Positions 1 to 12,300 of a stretch of 32,298 bases of DNA are shown here, piece by piece. The stretch is from Reclinomonas americana ATCC 50394 (taxonomy: Eukaryota), in contig PS015360.1 of assembly GCA_048213135.1 (NCBI GenBank), positions 41,636-73,933 on the forward strand. The letters run 5' to 3'. Numbering within the stretch: position 1 is the stretch's first letter; every line of letters begins with the position of its first letter. The position numbers were made by a program, and so were the translations under genes. The notes beneath the pieces were generated by a model. The model ran no database searches. It had not been told where the DNA came from and saw only the letters and a list, made by a program, of their open reading frames with translations.

Positions 1-3000
1 TGATGTGGTGCGCGAGGCGTCGGCCGGTGCGCTGGCGGCGCTTGGTGAGTGTGTAGGGAGTGTGTTAGTTTCCCTTGGAGGACTGTCGTGTCACTCATGC
101 TGCCATGCAGCGTACTACCATCCGGCCAACGCCGAGGCCATTACGAGTCAGCCAGGTGTGCTGTCGGCGCTGGTTGCTTGCATTGCTCCGACGCAGAGCG
201 AGTCGATTCGTTACGCGGCGGCGCGGGCGCTGCAAAACGTAGCCGCCAACCACGCAGGCACACGCATCGTTCTTGCGCAAATCCCCTGCTTTCTGGAGAA
301 TTTGCGCTCCCTTCTCGCCGACTACCTGCCGTCTGAGCTGCACGAGATGGCCTCGGGCACGTTCAGCAACATTGGTCTGTGTTTTGCGGTTCCGCCTCGT
401 CGTAGAGAAATGTCGCTGATTTCAGTGTCCATAAGTCCTTCACAAACCCAACCGCGACGCCATTGTGCAAGCCGGATGCGTGGCTCCTCTCATTGCGTTG
501 CTCGAGTCGCCATCAAAGCGCGTTCAGCTGCACGTGGTACGCACGCTGGATCAGCTGGTGAAGGAGAGCCGTGAGGGTCGCATGGCTGTGATTGACGCGA
601 ATGGCATTGAGCACTTGCGACGACTCAGTGAGAGCCGCAGTGCCGACTCTGACGCCAAGAAGCAGGCCAAGTCGCTCCTGTCTGGGCTTCGTGCTCCAGG
701 TCTTGCCGCGTCCTCTCGTGTATGTATTTCATGACCTTCAGTTCCTCACTCTCCTTCCATGCCAGCTGCCGACGTGGCACGGGCCGCCAAGCCGCCGCGT
801 CCCACAGCACCGCCATCGTCAGCGCCATCTGCTTCGTCACCTTCGTCACCGTCATCCACTGCGCTGTTGGCCTCCATGCCGTCACCACCCTCACAGCCAT
901 CCACACGTCCTGTGGAACGAGCGCGACCGCCGACCACTGCCGCCGAGGGTGCCTCCAGTGCCGGTGCGTGTTGTGTGTGTTTTGCGTGTGTGCACGTGCA
1001 TGTAAGGGACGTTCCTCTAATCTCTTTGTGGTGGTCGACAGGGCGCGCCGGCTCTCTGCGACGTGAGCGCTGATGATGCTTGCTGTTTGCTCTCCCCCGA
1101 TCCTCTCGCTCACTTAAATCGTGTACAGTTCGCGCCGGCTCGTTCTCCATGCCGTTTGCGTTGCCTGCTGGTGTGTATTTTCTTCCACGGTAATGTTGAA
1201 AGGCTGTATGAAACTGAATGTTGGGAGTACACAGGCGCTGTCGAGCCAGTGGGCGGCCCGCCACCACGTCCTCGGCGTCAATGTGAATACCGTGCTTTCA
1301 TTTCTTGCGCTGAAGCGAACTCACCACTCCCTCCGTGTGTTGTGCAGTGCCCGGAAGCTCAGCAGCCGATGCCATGTCACAGCAGCCGCCACGGGGGGTC
1401 GCGACAGATGGTGCACACGGACCTCCATCAGCTGGTCTGTTGGCTCTGAAGTGCACATGATGGTGTTGGCGAGTCCATCTCACGCACTTGTCGCTCTTTA
1501 TATTGCAGCCGCCGGTGCAGTCAGCATGAGTGCTCTCCTCGGCACGCACGTTGGTGTGTGCATCTTATGCGGGCGGGCGTATCTTGTTGCCGGCAGTTGG
1601 TCACTCATCGTCGCGCAGAGAATCGGTCTCCCAGCCGCTCACCACCCTCCAGCGGCACTGCGACTCCGGAGCGCTCACCGCATGGCAGTCCACGCCGCGG
1701 AACCGAATCGCCGCCTCCGCCACCACCGCCACCACCTCGTTACGAGCATGGTCAACTCACGCACACACAAACTACTGCTCAATGCGCAGTTGCTTCCATG
1801 CAGCTCCACTCTTTATCCGCGTGTCTGCCGATCGCCGGGGACTGTCGACAGCAGTGCTTACCGCACTCGACGCCAATGCGTCGCTTGCCGACCTCCGTAA
1901 GGCCGTGTGCGGAGCCGATGCGCAAGCGGACGTGGAGTGCGTCGACGAGGCCACGGGTCGAGTGGACGTACTTGGCACGAATGCCGTTCGTCCTGCCTGC
2001 AGTCGCGAATCCTCGTCTGCTTGAACTCACTTCGTGCTCTTTGCACAGGCGTGGCTCGCATTCAAGCATCGCATGGCCGGCGCTGGATTCGACACCTCGC
2101 AGCTTGTTTTCCAGCGCTCTGCTGGTCGTGCATCTCGCGAAATCGGCAGTGGAATCGGGCCGGGTTCGCTGCCGCCGAGCGTGCAGGTGGACAGTGGCGC
2201 AATGCAAGTGCCAGGGCCATTGCGTGCCAGCTCTCTCACCGACGAACAGTTGCGTGCGTGCGCATGCATTGGCTGACGCAATACTTGTTGACATGGTGCG
2301 TTGCAGGGCCAACTTCTTCCGGCAGACACACGCGCTGTTCGAGGTGTCGTTGCCAGTATTGCGTCGACTTGTGGAATCGCGCTACCGGGCGTTTGTGACG
2401 AAAATGCGTGGAGAGGACCCGCCATTCGACGGTCGCCACTGGTTCCTCAAGCCAGAAGAGCTGTACTGGAGGTAGTGCACGTCGCTCGTTTCCAGCGTCT
2501 CTTTCATTTTGCCTTCTTTTGTGCTGACTTGTGCGCATGGTAGATACAAACGCGCCGTGGCAGGTCCGGCGGGTGGCGTGGTGGAGCAGACAGTGACAGT
2601 GTCATTACCGGAGCACTCGGATGCGTTGCGCGAACTGGCCACTGCCGGCTCTGCACGACTGTTTGACCACACGTTTGCCAGTAGCTTCTTGCAGCGTGCT
2701 TGTTATAGACCCGCAAGTCGTACGGGCGCACGGAAGTGCAGTGCGGTCGAGTGTTTTGATTCGGCGACCGGGCATGATCGATTTGCGGAAATGCTAATCC
2801 CCGAAGACACTCTGGTGTGTGGGGCTCTCGTAGTGGTGTCGTTGCTCCTACATGATATTGCAGCTCATTTCTTGCGTGGTGCAGCGAACGGCAATTGCTC
2901 ACGTGCAGCGGATACGCAACGACACGACGAGAGCGAAGGATATGAGTGTGCCTGTCGACGAGTATCGTGAAAACATGCGCGCCATCAAGAATCTACTGGA

Positions 3001-4591
3001 GCTGGCACACGACGAAGAGGCTCGTCGCAGATTACGCGAGATCCGACACGGTGTGACTGTGCATGTCCGAGAGAGCATCTACGTGGCCTCCAACTCACTC
3101 ACGTTTGCGTGCGCAGTCTCCGACTTGGACATCTCGTACGACGATCTGGCAGGCTGCCGAGCCAATCTCGCTCTCAACATTGTGCCACCGGAGGAACTGA
3201 TTATCGACCGCGACATGATTCTCGGCGAAGGTGCGCGGCAGTGTGATGCTGGTTTACTGTCAACCTCCCATGTTCACCGTCGATCATCGCAGGCGCATTC
3301 AGCATTGTGTATGCCGCCGAGTGGCTCGGTCATCATGTGGCGGTTCGTGGTCCTGCGCGTCGATCGACGGCCTTCGCTGTGGTTGCGCTCACTGTATCTT
3401 GTATGTGTGCAGCTGAAGCAGTTCCGCTGTGGCTCTGGTCAGCGAGCAAAAGTCATGGAGGACATGATCAATGAGGCGACGGTGGCCATTACACTGGCAT
3501 CGTGCGTTGCCTCCTGGCAAAATTGTCACGATTCTTCGATTGTTACCAACTGACTTGATGTGCACAACACACAGCCACCCGGGCATCGCCACCATCTATG
3601 GTCTGGCCATTGATTTGCAGGAGGGACCTGGACTGATTGTGGAGCGTGTGAATGGAACTGATTTGGGAGCGCTGCTGTACGGCTCGAAGCGAAGATCGTT
3701 TTCACCTGCAGAGGTTGGGAGAATGGCGATGCTGTAGCAAGTTCCTTGCGTTGGCTGACCAGGATGACTTGTGTGCAGAAACTGAGCATCTGTGGCCAAG
3801 TGGCGTCGACGCTCGAGTTCCTCGTTGCGTGTGTTGCTGCTGCATCGCGTGTGTTTGCTTTCTGGCCTTGACTTACGACACTCCGTGCGCCATGCAGCAC
3901 GAGAATCGCATCATTCACCGCGACTTGAAACCCGAGAGTTGTGTGCAGTTGCATTACCGTCAACAAAATGCGCTCCTGAAACCCTCCTTGCGCAGATGTC
4001 ATGGTGGAGCGCAACGGGACGGTCAAGTTGCTGGATTTCGGTCTGGCCAAGGTGCAGAGCACGTTGTCCACCATGTCGGGCAGCTTCCTCGGAACGCCTG
4101 GGTATATGGCGCCCGAGATTTGCATGCATCAGGTGAGAGCGAGAGGAGCGGTGCGTTTTTTCTTTTTGCTGACTGCTTCTGCAGCCGTACAACGAGAAGT
4201 GCGACTGCTACGCGTTGGGTACGTGTGCACACCTGCCTACCTCGGTCCTCTGGTCACCTGCTCACTCCATTTCCATGAAAGGCGTGCTGATGTACGAGGT
4301 GTTTTCGGAGCAACGCGCCTACGAGGGCATGAGTGGCCTGCAGGTGATCACGGACATTGTGGCCGGCAAAACACCCGAGCATCGACACAACCTCGCAGCA
4401 CTACCGCCGCCCATTGCACGCATCATTTCCGCCTGCTGGGTACGTGTGTGTATCACGGCTCCCGTATCTCTCTCAATGGGAGAAACCAAGCACTGATATC
4501 TTTGTTCTCACACACACTGTTGCAGCATGCAAATGTCAGCAAACGGCCGTCGGCTGCCGAGGTTCGACAAGCACTGGCGAGCTTGGGATGA
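1..4591 (+). CDS. Multi-exon (~25 exons) ARM-repeat / Pro-Ser-rich / PB1-or-Ubl-like / DZIP3-type HEPN / TKL-family Ser/Thr protein kinase, 5'-partial
   Basis: Spliced frame is continuous from the window start to TGA at 4589-4591. ARM repeats include 'SIRYAAARALQNVA' and 'NRDAIVQAGCVAPLIALLESPSKRVQLHVVRTLDQL'. Kinase motifs after splicing: ILGEG|AFSIVY, VA|LK, alphaC E (MINEA), IIHRDLKPE|N, DFG, GTPGYMAPE, KCDCYALG|VLMYE, CW|HANVSKRPS. Introns GT-AG, e.g. 45-110, 375-435, 964-1041, 1063-1128, 2249-2306, 3824-3897, 3938-3995. Confidence 0.85.
2236..3048 (+). other. DZIP3-type HEPN domain within the kinase gene, catalytic His apparently replaced
   Basis: Spliced 'LTDEQANFFRQTHALFEVSLPVLRRLV...SARLFDHTFASSFLQRAC...IPEDTLRTAIAHVQRIRNDTTRAKDMSVPVDEYRENMRAIKNLL' follows the HEPN_DZIP3 pattern (E..N+.R...L....LR; FD.T....L...C; P.D; RN...H; s+..++Y/F). 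Recognised by eye only. Confidence 0.65.
3170..4591 (+). other. Protein kinase catalytic domain (tyrosine-kinase-like group), all catalytic motifs intact
   Basis: GxGxF, VALK, HRDLKPEN, DFG and APE motifs are reconstructed across introns. 'IVPPEELII' pre-kinase segment and 'CW....KRPS' end are typical of TKL kinases. Confidence 0.93.
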
Positions 4592-4718
4592 GAGAGTGTG
4601 TGTGTGAGACAAGCATTGTAAACATCCGCCTTTTTGCGCCGTAATTTACACCGCTCCTTTGTTCCTTGCACAAGAGAGAGAGGAGTGCGCTCCGTCTGTG
4701 TGCGTGCTTGCGTGAGAA

Positions 4719-4720
4719 GA

Positions 4721-4751
<31 letters not shown>

Positions 4752-4790
4752 GGATAAAGAGAACAGAGAAAGAAGAGAGAGAGAGAGTGC
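4719..4790. repeat. (CA)n-(GC)n-(GA)n microsatellite cluster just upstream of WD40 gene A start
   Basis: acacacacacacacac, gcgcgcgcgcgc and gagagagagaga tracts are directly visible. Confidence 0.9.
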
Positions 4791-4809
4791 GCGTCTCGAG
4801 TTGTCAAAC

Positions 4810-7800
4810 ATGTCAGAGACGCCACCTCTCACAGACTCCATTCACGGCTCCTCACTGGCCCTTCGCCGACGATCAGTTGCGTGTCACCTCCCGACACACA
4901 CAGAGAGAGCGCGCGCGTTTGCGTGCGAGAAACAAGTCATGACACACATACTGTCACAGTCGACCACATTCATGTCGGCCTCGTCACTCCCGCTGCAACG
5001 CAAGTCATCCATGCCAGCCTCACAACTCGCCGCTGCCGCTGCCGCCGCCTCCGCAGCAGCAACAACCACCACCACAACCACACGACGACCTCTGCGCAGA
5101 CAGGCCAGTGATCGCTCACTCGGCGAGGGCAGTCTCGCAGGCAGCAGTGGCTCGGTGGTGATCAAGCGCGTCTCCATGGACTTGCCCGAGGCCGAGATGG
5201 TGTCGACTCCGACGTCGTCGGATGGACTGACGCCGACGGGAGGCGGGCCGGTGACGCCCTTTGATGATGCCGAGTATCAGCAGGCGATGCGACTGATGGG
5301 GCGACGCCGCTCGTCGCTGACGGCGTTGCCGCTGAATGGACTGCCGGTGAGCCTGTTGGTGTCGTCGGTGGCGTCGGTGTTGCCCAAGGACGCGGGGAAG
5401 ACGGCCGCGGAGATGCAACAGCAGTCATGTTGCGGCTGTTGAAGAGTATCTCTCTTGGCATTCTGTGTCGTGACCAACATCTGTGCGCAGCGCATCATCG
5501 GACGACGCGTTCGTTGACGGTGTTTGGCTCGTCGTCGTCGACGACGCGGTCGCCACGGACGTCGCCCAGATCGACGCCGCGTACGACTCCCAAGTCGACG
5601 CCGCGCGCCTCGCCCGTGTCGAGTCCGCGCAGTTCACCGGTGAACGTGTCGCCGTTCTCGCCGGCGCGCATGTTGCGTGTGAGGGTTATCTTGTCTCTCT
5701 TGTTTATTTTGTGTATGTGTGTGACATTGCGTGTCAGTGTGGACTCGACGGCGGCTCCACCGGTGCCGTCGTTCGCGGCCGATCTGGTGTGCACTCTGCG
5801 TGGTCACACGGCTGCGGTGACGTCGCTCAGCTGGCACCCGCGGGAACTGTGTCTGGCCAGTGGCTCCAAGGATTGCTCGGTGCGCCACTGGGATCTGTCG
5901 ATGATGTCGTCTGCGGTGCCGAGTCAGGTGGTGGGCGAGCACGCCGACGCTGTAGATTCGGTCGAATTCTCCGCGGTTGACGGCGCGTGCATCATGGTGC
6001 GCCTGTGTCACTCGCGTTACGTACGTGCACATGCTGTGCTGATTGCTTCTGTTGTTGCAGTCGAGTTCTGGCGACAAGGTGGTGAAAATGTGGAGCGGAG
6101 TCGGCAGCCTGACACCGTCCGTCACCGTGCTGCCGGATCTCGGGCAACTGGCGACGCTGGCCCCCAATGGCGACCTCGTGGCCGCCCGTGGTGCCAACCA
6201 GGAGAGCAGCACGATCCGTCTGTACAAGACCAGTGCCGGCGGCAAGAACGTGGGCTCGCTCCGTGGACACACACGCGGTGTGCTGCACTTGGCGTTTTCG
6301 CCCAGCGGCCAGCAGCTGCTCTCCGTGTCCTCTGACAACACTGGTCGTCTGTGGAGCGTGGCGCAGCGCACCTGTGTGCACGGTACGTTTCAATGATACA
6401 CGGGTGTGATGGGGAAGCGCAGGCGCGCACTCACTGTAGGCTGACCACGGCAGTGCTGGAGGGACACACCAACTGGGTGTGGTGAGTGAGCCGTGTTCTT
6501 GGTCACGCACAGGATGGTTATCATTCTCACCGTGGAACTCATGTCACAGGGGCGGTTGCTTCTCTCCCATGGGAACTCGCGTCGCGACCTCGTCGGGTGA
6601 CAAGTCGATTCGATTGTTGCGTGGATGGGAGGAGAACAGCACTTGTGCCCTTTCCGGTCTCACTCGGACGTGATATCGCAGGTGGGACACAGTGACTGGC
6701 GCCTGTGACATGGTGCTTCTGGGTCACGATGCGGCAGTGCGCGACGTCCGCTGGGATCCGATCGGGCCGTACTTGCTCACCAGCTGTTGCGTCCGTGATG
6801 CTCTTGTTTGCTGTGTCGATTCACTCACCTTTCCCCCCTTCACACAGCCGACGATTCCACGTTGCGCTCTCACCGCATATTAGATCTCCTCTCTCTTCCC
6901 ACTTGCTCACCACTTACACACAGTGTGCGCATCTGGCACTCCGAGTCTGGAGTGTGTCTGACCTTTGTCTCGGCGGTGGACTCCAGCATATCGGCCGTCG
7001 CCTGGGCCGACGACGGCATTCACTTTGCCATGGCGAGCGCAAAACACATTGGCGTGTTTGAGATTGATGCTGCTCGAGTGACGGCGCAGGGAGTGCCGAC
7101 ACCCGAGGTTCGTGTCGACGACTGCGGCTCATGTTTGGTGGTGGAGTTCGACACGTCGTCGCTGCCGCCGCGAGCTTCGGTGCGACTGGTGGTGCAGCGA
7201 GAGCGAGCATCTGGGTCACCGGCGCCGGATATCGGTACGAATTCTTCGTTCTCCACTCCTTGATATCAGATCTCTGACTGACTGACACACACCAGTGTTG
7301 GAGCCACAAGAGTTTGTGCCGCTGGGCGGTCACGGTCGCTTTGGATGCTTCGTGGCGGTGCCCGAGGAAGGCTCCGTGCGTCTCCGACTGGAGGCCCGCG
7401 GTCGCCCCAAGCACCGTGCTTCCGACATTGATCAGTCGCTCTTCTCTCCGTCGCCGTCTGTCGCCTCGCCCGCTAATGACGAACCGTGGTCGGAGGGGCA
7501 GTGGGTCCATGCGACTGTCCGTGCAGGTATGCGCACCTGTGTTACTACAGTGTGTACGAGCACATCGCTGAAGGAGACTCTCTCGTGATCAGGGTACTTG
7601 CACCTGCGCGCGCGTGCAGTCAGTCCTTTCAGCGTATCAGTGAGCTGGAACAGCGATGCGTTCCGCTCCATTACACGTCGCGCACCGTGGGTGAACGAGT
7701 GCAGACGAGTGCCCACGGCATTGCCACTTGAGGACTCCCGATTGTTGCGCACCTCGCATGCAGTGTGCGGTCTCCACATCAGGACAACTGACTTTCTTTC

Positions 7801-9323
7801 GGTGTGTATGCACAGATCGTGCAAAGTCATCAGCATGCGAGACGAGGCTGTTGTGTTCCATCAGCACGATGTGCGTCCATTCACTGACTCCATCACGGCG
7901 TCACGACTGCTGCCGGGCACTCGGTACCGCGTGGAACTCGGCCTTGCGGGTTGCACGCGACCGGCGGAGGTGATCACTGTCGACACGCCCGAGCTGCCGG
8001 CACCCTCCGAGTCGCCGCTGGCCGAGTGTGCGGCTCTGATGGAGAAGGTTGGTTGTCGTGTCACAGGCGACTGTCTTCTTTTGTTGATGGCGTGTGTAGA
8101 TTTCATCCTGGATGATGCCGCTCTCTGGCGGCAGTGTCTCTGCACTCCACTCGTACCGCACTCGTCGCCGAAGCAGGTTGCGTACTGCTCATCTGTCGCA
8201 CCTTTTATTGGCGCGTGCTGTTCACTCACTTCCACGCAGTGCGTCGACGCAACTGAAGCGCATGGCCACCAAGGACGCTCCCGACGGTCCCACAGACGCC
8301 GGTGCTGTGGATGCCGATGCTGCCGCAACGGCCAACACTCGCGATGTGGCGCGTATGATTCTCACCCGCACACACAGTGTGGCCGACGAGTGCGACTCGC
8401 GGTTGGCCGAGGGTCTGCTGAACCACAAGGGCACGGCGGAGATTGGCGGCGAATTCGCGGACCTGCTGTCCGCCAACCTCGGCGACCTTTCGCAACAAGC
8501 CGTGGCGGCGGGGCAAGCGTTGACCGCTGTGGCAGCCACGGAGGATGGCGTGCAGTACGTGACATCGGCCACCGCGGCGGCCTGTGCGCGCAGTCGATTG
8601 CGTGCGTCGGGCGCAGCCTGTGCGTTGTCCGTTGAGCCGTGGGAGGCACGGCGCTCGGATCGCGACATGCCGGTCGCCTGGCAGGATGTGCAGGGCAAGT
8701 GCAGACAGCTGTCGGAGGTGGCACACGAAGCCGCGCAGCAATTGGCGCAGTCGCTTGCGAACCTGCACACCCAGGTGTCGGAGGTCCGCCGCACCAGCAC
8801 CGCCCGACGAGAGCAGCTCGAGGCCGAACTGGCGCGCATCCAGCGAGAGCTGGAGACCGAGACCATCAAGGTCAGACGCAGTTGCTCGCGACTCTGTGTT
8901 GTTTCTCTCGTTCCCTTACCTGTGGCTTGTGTGACAGCTCAAGTACGCCGACGGTCTCGACGCCATCCTCAGCAGCCATCAGAAGCGGGTCGACGGACAA
9001 GTCGACGCGCTGGCGAACCGTGCTGCAACTCTCCGCACTGCTGCCCAGATGCCCGAGGTAAGCCTCGCCCACCCATGCTCTCCCCCTTTTTGATGCTGAC
9101 AGCGTCGTCCACGCAGTGGTTCTGCGCTCGCCTCAGCACCCTCAGCGACGAATGCCTTCGCTTGTGGAACCAGTGGAAATCCAACGAGCAAACCACGCTG
9201 CTCCCGCAACACGCCTCCTCTCTCCTACAAGCACTAGACTCCACCGATTCCACCACGGGCCCCGACACGGACGCCATTCAAGCAGAACTTCGTCAAGTCG
9301 CGTCCCGAGGGACAAACTCATGA
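4810..9323 (+). CDS. WD40-repeat protein with Ser/Pro/Arg-rich N-terminus, FN3/Ig-like beta-sandwiches and C-terminal coiled coil (paralog A, ~17 exons)
   Basis: WD40 repeats: LRGHTAAVTSLSWHP..LASGSKDCSVRHWD, LRGHTRGVLHLAFSPSGQQLLSVSSDNTGRLW, LEGHTNWV|WGGCFSPMGTRVATSSGDKSIRL|WD, LLGHDAAVRDVRWDP. FN3-like motif 'SRLLPGTRYRVEL'; heptad-rich 'RREQLEAELARIQRELE'. ATG 4810, TGA 9321-9323. Confidence 0.85.
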
Positions 9324-9395
9324 ATGAACCCCATTGTCCACTCGCGAGCAATTCGGATATCTTGAGATTACACACACAAACAGAGCGCGACAGAG

Positions 9396-12300
9396 ATGAG
9401 GCACCGCGCAGTGTCACTGGCAGTCACACTGCTGCTGCTGCTCATCTGTGTGGGTGCACTGGTGTCTGGTGAGTGCCACACACACACAGTTGCACGTGCA
9501 CGTGTGTGAGTGTTGCCACTCACCCTCTTGCACGTGCGCAGTGGCAAACGCGAAAAAGTCAAAGAAGGCGCCCTTATCCTCCAACAACAAGCTGGATGAG
9601 GCCGCACGTCAGCACGAGCAGGTGAAGCGCGCACAGGCTGAGCTTGACGCAGAGAGGGCCAAGTCGGGCAAGAAGCAGAAGAAGGCGGTGTTGGGTCCGG
9701 CGGCTCCGGAGGCCGACGAGGCCGATGATCCAGCGCGACAGGAGGCCGAGGACCGGCTGAGAGACTTTGGAGCGGAGCATCGTATGCACAATCCGCAGCC
9801 GTCGCCGCTGGTGCCGCGAGGGAAGAACGAGGGCGACGATGAGATGCCGAATCGCAACCCGAATACCCCGGAGGATGGCATTGTGCCGCACAAGCAGTTG
9901 CGACAAAGAGAGAGGCTGAGCGTTTCGTTGCTGTAGTTGTGCAGTTTCGTGACGCGTGTGTTTTTGTAGTGTGCGTCGCTCGTTGCTGGACTATGTGGAG
10001 CGCAAGATGGCGTTTGATCGCTCCGGTTGCGCCTTCCCTGGCGAGCAGCGTCTGTGCATTGGTCGTATTACCGAGTACTACCAGCAGGTTTGTGTGTCTG
10101 TGCACGCATGCAGCGATGTCTTGCATGTACTGAGAAAGAAGTGATTTTCCTTTGTGTTTCTCTCCAGGTGGTCTCTGGCATCATGCACTACCTGACGGTG
10201 GAGATGGGAGGCGAGCTTCTGGAGGTGCAGATCCACGAGCATCCGGCCAGTGAGCAGGCTGAAAAGTGCGCTGGCTTCACGCTGTTTCATGTCACTTGGT
10301 GGTCGCCGAGGCCTGATTACTTGTCGCAGGCATCACATGCAGTCGATTGACATTCCGCCGCGCCAGCAATTCTACGAGCTGATCAGTGTGGCGCGCCCTG
10401 GTCAGGACCCGCCACCGACTGGCTTCTTTGATCCGTCGGCACCGCGCCTGCCGGAGAAGCAGAATGGTCCCAGCGAGCCGCCGGCCACAGTGCCTGGCGG
10501 TGTGCCGACCACCACTCCTCCGCCCGGCTCCGCACCAACCATGGCTCGCCTGCGCCGTGAGGTGCACGGCTGCATGCTGGCGTTTGATCGCGCTCGCGAG
10601 GCACAGGCTTGCCGTCGCCGCAAGCTGTACGTGGCCGAGAACGTGAACCTGACGCGTTTCTCCAACATGCCCGCCGCACTCAATCCCGCCTCGGCGTTGA
10701 CCACTGCCGCCACTGCGCTGGCGGAGACCTCGTCTGCCGAGGCCACCTCGCGTGTTGTCTCGCAGGAGCAGCTGCTGCAGCTCAGCACAAAAGTGCTGCC
10801 GTCGTCGTTCTCGTGGGTGCCGGCACTGAAGAAGCTCAACTGCCACTGGATCATGAACCAGAAGGGCTGCGGCTCCAGCTGGGCTTTTGCCGCCGCCACC
10901 GTGCTCAGCACTGGCATGTGTGTGCGCACCAAGGTCGGTGGAGCTGTGTGTGTGTGTGTGGGCACGAAAGAGGAGTTTCACTCACACCTCCCTTCACCAA
11001 CAGGGCGCCGTGCGTCAAGTGGTGTCGCCGCAAGATATTGTGTCGTGCACCTCGCCCGCCGGCTGCAGCGGTGGCTCTGCCTGGGAGGTGTTCCAGCGCA
11101 TGGACCCCGGTGCCGGCAGCAAGGATCATCCGTGGAAGGCACGTACTCAGGGTGTTTTTCTTGTCTGTAGAGTTGGAAGGTGACCTGACTGCTGTTGTGC
11201 AACAAAAAAACACAGACACTTGCAGCTCAGTGCCACCCCTACTCGGCTCGCGACGCCGCACAGGGCGACACGTGCGAAAACATCAATCGCAAGGGCGTCT
11301 GCGAGCAGCCGCGGTTGTACGGTTCGTGTTGTGAGGAAGATACGTTGGTGCTGGCCGGTGAAACTCACAGAAGGAACGCGCAGGTGGCACACACCCGGTG
11401 ATGATGGAGAAGATCCGCGACGGTCACCCAGAGGATGCCATGCACTTGCGTGCACTCATCTGGCACTGGGGACCACTGGCGGTGCGCTTTGACGTGTTCG
11501 AGGATCTGCTTACTGTTGCGTTGCACGGCAACACGCACATGATGTTAGTGTCGGTACTCACTGGCAATCATCCCACAGTATGAGAAGGGCATCTACCGCC
11601 CGACCACCGACAAGCGCGTGGGACCCCATGTGCGTCGCACTTGGAGATTTCCTTGCACTGAGAGAACTTGAGTTGTTGACATGCCCGTGTTGCGCAGGCC
11701 GCTGTTATTCTCGGATGGGGCATTGACGCCGATGAGACACCGTTCTGGATCCTGCAAAACTCTTGGTGTGTATTGTCGGGTGGATGTGCTTGGTTGTGTG
11801 ACGGCAGTGGTGCTCAACAAGAATCGCGAATGCAGGGGCAAGCACTTTGGTGAGGAGGGCATTTTCCGCATCGAGCGCACCATCGAGACGGAGACAATGC
11901 TCAACCTGCGCCACTTTGCGTGCGTTCTTCGTGCCTCACCGTGTCATAAACGTCCACGAATTGTGCACTGACAGTGATCACGCGCAGTACCATTGAACAA
12001 AGCTGGACGCCGACGTGCCCGAGCGAATGCCGCAACGGCTACCAGGATTCCAAGTGCAAGTGCTTCTGCCAGCTGGGTTTCACCGGCGAGAACTGCGATG
12101 GTTTGCTGTTGCATGTTGTGTGTGTTCTGCTTGCTTGGTTCTCCACCGTTCACTGACACGGTGCCCCCTCCTACGCAGTGTGCTCGCTGCAATGCGAAAA
12201 CAATGGCACACTTCAGCAAGACTCGTGCAAGTGCAAGTGCCCGATTGGTTTCCGCGGACGCAGCTGCCAACAAGGTCAGTCTTGCATGCAGCTTTGCCCA

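Noticed and set aside
3821-3900. Non-canonical TT-AG introns (G|TTGCGT) as an explanation for GTTGCG donors
   Set aside because: Putting the G in the exon frameshifts conserved motifs such as EFL|HENRIIHRD, so the cut is at the GT.
8222-8869. Long antisense ORFs here and at 5634-6371, 10292-10981, 17079-17804
   Set aside because: Shadows of GC-rich sense exons, with no recognisable motifs.
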